Program-made: the position numbers and the translations under genes | Shown here: one piece after another, positions 60,591 to 64,000 of the stretch | Layout of the letters: each line of letters opens with the position of its first letter | How positions within the stretch are numbered: the first letter of the stretch is position 1 | Notes under the pieces: model-generated | Databases searched by the model: none | Told to the model about the DNA's origin: nothing | What the model saw: only the letters and a program-made list of their open reading frames with translations | Assembly (NCBI GenBank): GCA_026770705.1 | Contig: JANJGN010000052.1 | Coordinates: 2,914,001 to 2,978,000 of the forward strand | Origin: Isurus oxyrinchus | Lineage: Eukaryota | DNA length: 64,000 nucleotides | Reading direction: 5' to 3'

Positions 60591-62217
60591 ACTTTGTGAG
60601 AATGCAGCTCATGTTTAGAGTTTTTTGAAGCTGTTAACCCTTTGCGTTCTGGACTTGTGATGATATTTCTGCTCAAAAGTGGAAAGTCATTGACCAGGAA
60701 TTTCTCCTGTGGGTCATTGGGTTTCAAACCCTCTCTCGCTGTCTGAGTGAGAAGGTCGTCTGTTCGAGATTCATTTGGCAAAATTCAGACTGCCAAACCA
60801 GACCGGCACTCGCTGTCAGGACTGAGAGTCCTGCACTGTCAGAGGGTCATTCCTGAGGGCGTGCTGCACTGTTGCAGGGTCAGTACTGAAGCAGTGCTGC
60901 ACTGTCAGAGGCTCAGTATTGTGGTAGTGCTGCACTGCCAGAGGGTCAGTAGTGAGGGAATGCTGCACTGTCAGAGGCTCAGTATTGTGGGAGTGCTGCA
61001 CTGCCAGAGGGTCAGTACTGAGGGAGTGCTGCACTGTCAGAGGGTCATTCCTGAGGGCGTGCTGCACTGTTGGAGGGTCAGTATTGTGGGAGTGCTGCAC
61101 TGCCAGAGGGTCAGTACTGAGGGAGTGCTGCACTGTCAGAGGGTCAGTTCTGAGGGAGTGCTGCACTGTTGGAGAATCAGTACTGAGGGAGTGCTGCACT
61201 GTCAGAGGATCAAATTATTTCTGATCCAAACCCCATATTGTTGTATTGTTGATTCCGATGCAGCATTGTAGACTGACTTGTCCCCAAGCTCAGCACTGAC
61301 CCTACTCCAGCAGACCCTGTGAAACACACTAACAAAGTGCCTCTAGCCTGAGCTCTGCATGTGTCGGAGGTGCCACTGTGGTGGGTTCATGACCTTCACC
61401 ATCCGCTTCACTGAGTTTCGGTTAAAACTGAACTGGAACACACACTAAACGCTGATGGAAACCATCACTTCCTCTTCTCCAACATGAAGAGTTTCAGCAG
61501 AAGAGGTAAACTGTTGCTGAAAAGGAACTTTCTTCATCATATCACAGAATCACACAGAATAGCAGGAGGCCATTCATGCCATCTTGGCTGTGCTAGCTCT
61601 TAAAAAGAAGCACACAATTGGTTTCAATCCACCTCTCTTCCCCCATCGTCCTTCAAATTCTTCCTGTTCCAGATTGAATCCAAATTCATGAATATAAATC
61701 CCCTCAGACGGGAGTAACCATCACTGAGCAGGCAGGTTAGGTTTGATTGTACACAGCGAGTTGCTGTGATCTGGAAGGTGCTGCCTGAAAGGGCGGTGGA
61801 AGCAGATTCAATAGGATCTTTCAAAATACTTGCAGAGTGTGAGAGAATGGGAGATTGGGACCAATTGGATATCTGTCCCAGGAGACCAGGACAGGGACAA
61901 TGGGCTGAGTGGCCTCTTTCTGTGCTGTTTGATTCTGTGGTTTTCTAATATTTATCTGCGCTGCAGATCAGAGACAAACAGGAAACAATAAACTACTGAC
62001 CTTTCCACACAGGCTGAATTGTCATCTCTTTATTTTCAGCCAGTTTGCTTAATTCTTGTGGTTTGGTGGTGAAACTGTGCAGCAAGTGTGAGTGTTGGGT
62101 TGTAGATCTGTCTATTCTGACTGCTGCTGTGCTCATGGTGACTTCTCAATTACATGAGAGTCTCTGAGATCCTCCACACCCAAGGATTAAGGAGAGACTT
62201 CCAAAGATTCAGGACGC

Positions 62218-63020
62218 AGTACTGAAGAGGTGCTGCACTGTCAGAGGGTCAGTACTGAGGGAGTGCTGCACTGTCAGAGGGTCAGTACTGAGGGAGTGCT
62301 GCACTGTCAGAGGGTCAGTACTGAGGGAGTGCTGCACTGTCAGAGGGTCAGTACTGAGGGAGTGCTGCACTGTCAGAGGGTCAGTACTGAGGGAGTGCTG
62401 CACTGTCAGAGGGTCAGTACTGAGGGAGTGCTGCACTGTCAGAGGGTCAGTACTGAGGGAGTGCTGCACTGTCAGAGGGTCAGTACTGAGGGAGTGCTGC
62501 ACTGTCAGAGGGTCAGTACTGAGGGAGTGCTGCACTGTTGGAGGGTCAGTACTGAGGGAGTGCTGCACTGTCAGAGGGTCAGTACTGAGGGAGTGCTGCA
62601 CTCTCAGAGGGTCAGTACTGAGGGAGTACTGCACTGTCAGAGGGTCAGTACTGAGAGAGTGCTGCACTGTCAGAGGGTCAGTACTGAGGGAGTGCTGCAC
62701 TGTCAGAGGGTCAGTACTGAGGGAGTGCTGCACTGTCGGAGGGTCAGTACTGAGAGAGTGCTGCCTGTCAGAGGGTCAGTACTGAGGGAGTGCTGCACTG
62801 TCAGAGGGTCAGTACTGAGGGAGTGCTGCACTGTCAGAGGGTCAGTACTGAGGGAGTACTGCACTGTCAGAGGGTCAGTACTGAAGCAATGCTGCACTGT
62901 CAGAGGGTCAGTATTGAGGGAGTGCTGCACTGTCAGAGGGTCAGTACTGAGGGAGTGCTGCACTGTAAGAGAGTCAGTACTGAAGCAATGCTGCACTGTC
63001 AGAGGGTCAGTACTGAAGAG
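62218..63020 (+). repeat. 30-bp minisatellite (AGGGTCAGTACTGAGGGAGTGCTGCACTGTCAG family), purest array
   Basis: About 26 units. Other arrays at approximately 785-1075, 8620-9010(-), 14595-14925(-), 16995-17250(-), 38860-39065, 45510-46200, 47095-47512, 48405-49018, 52075-53160, 56218-56680, 60820-61210 and 63100-63890. Confidence 0.95.
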
Positions 63021-64000
63021 GGACCCTGAGAATGTGAAAGGTGTGATATCAATGTAGGTTCCATCACCACAAAGCACTTAATTCAGGCAGACACTTCAGT
63101 TCAGTACTGAGGGAGTGCTGTATTGTTGCAGGGTCAGTACTGATGGAGTGCTGCACTGTTGGAGGGTCAGTACTGAGGTAGTGCTGCACTGTGGGAGGGT
63201 CAGTACTGAGGGAGAGCTGCCCTCTTGGCGCGTGAGTACTGATGACCTGCTGCACTGTTGGAGGGCAGGTACTGTGAAAGCTGCACTGCCGCATAGTCAG
63301 TACTGAGCAAGTACTTCACTGTCAGAGAATCAGTACTGAGGGAGTGCTGAACTGTTGGAGGATCAGTACTGAGGGAGTGCTGCACTGTTGGAGGATCAGG
63401 ACTGTGGGAGTGGTGCACTGTCGGAGGGTCAGTACTGATGGACTGCTGCAATGTTGGAAGATCAGTACTGAGGGAGTGCTGCACTGTCGGAGGGTCAGTA
63501 CTGATGGAGTGGTGCACTGTCAGAGGGTCAGTACTGAGGGAGTGCTGCACTGTTGGAGGGTCAGTACTGAGGGAGTGCTGCACTGTTGGAGGGTCAGTAC
63601 TAGGGGAGTGTTGCACTGTTGGAGGGCCAGTACTGGAAGAGTGCTGCACTCTCGGAGGGTCAGTACTTAGGGAATGCTGCACTGTCGGAGGGTCAGTACT
63701 GAGGGAGTGCTGCACTGTCGGAGGGTCAGTAATTAGGGAGCTCTGCACTGTTGGAGGGTCAGTACTGAGGGAGTGCTGCACTGTTAGAGGGTCAATACTT
63801 AGGGAATGCTGCACTGCCAGAGGGTCAGTACTGAGGGAGTGCTGCACTGTTGGAGGGTCAGTAATTAGGGAGATCTGCACTGTCGGAGGGTGATAAGACC
63901 ATAAGACCACCGGACGTCAGAGCAGAAGGAGGCCATTCGGCCAATCAACTCTGCTCCGCCATTCAATGACACCATGGCTGATCTGACAATCCTCAACTCC

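Noticed and set aside
45510-63890. CRISPR-like appearance of 30-bp palindromic repeats
   Set aside because: Units are head-to-tail with no unique spacers, there are no cas genes, and the DNA is vertebrate.
62209-63910. Long ORFs of repeated TEGVLHCQRVS / VQHSLSTDPLT / GSVLRECCTV (here and at every 30-mer array)
   Set aside because: Open in several frames on both strands only because a 30-bp unit lacks stops; no unique coding context.

Overview
Repeat-rich vertebrate DNA, most likely from a shark or ray (DeuSINE/SacSINE1-like SINEs, CR1/L2 LINEs, Penelope fragments). The ORF track is mostly repeat-derived noise. The real content is an intron-split cluster of Siglec-like (sialic-acid-binding Ig-like lectin) genes, reconstructed by hand from splice sites and exon phases. 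Gene A (- strand, 60.5k to 40.9k) has leader, V-set with the essential Arg, C2, a second C2 with a dead donor, TM, and a tail with YxN/ITAM-spaced tyrosines. Gene B (- strand, 38.5k to 33.4k) has a decayed ectodomain but an intact TM exon carrying an intramembrane Arg and a short tyrosine-free tail (activating type). Gene C (- strand, 13.65k to 7.9k) is a headless 3' half with three tandem C2 exons, TM and an ITIM+ITSM tail (inhibitory type). Gene D (+ strand, 19.2k-20.35k) is a divergent leader plus V-set cut off by a Gypsy fragment. Together they look like a paired or three-way activating/inhibitory/adaptor-type Siglec system, with phase-compatible exons, exon-restricted homogenisation of the C2 domain, hypervariable V-set loops, and duplications bounded by retroelement-derived minisatellites. 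Exon boundaries come from manual reading, repeat boundaries are approximate, and no transcript evidence is available.
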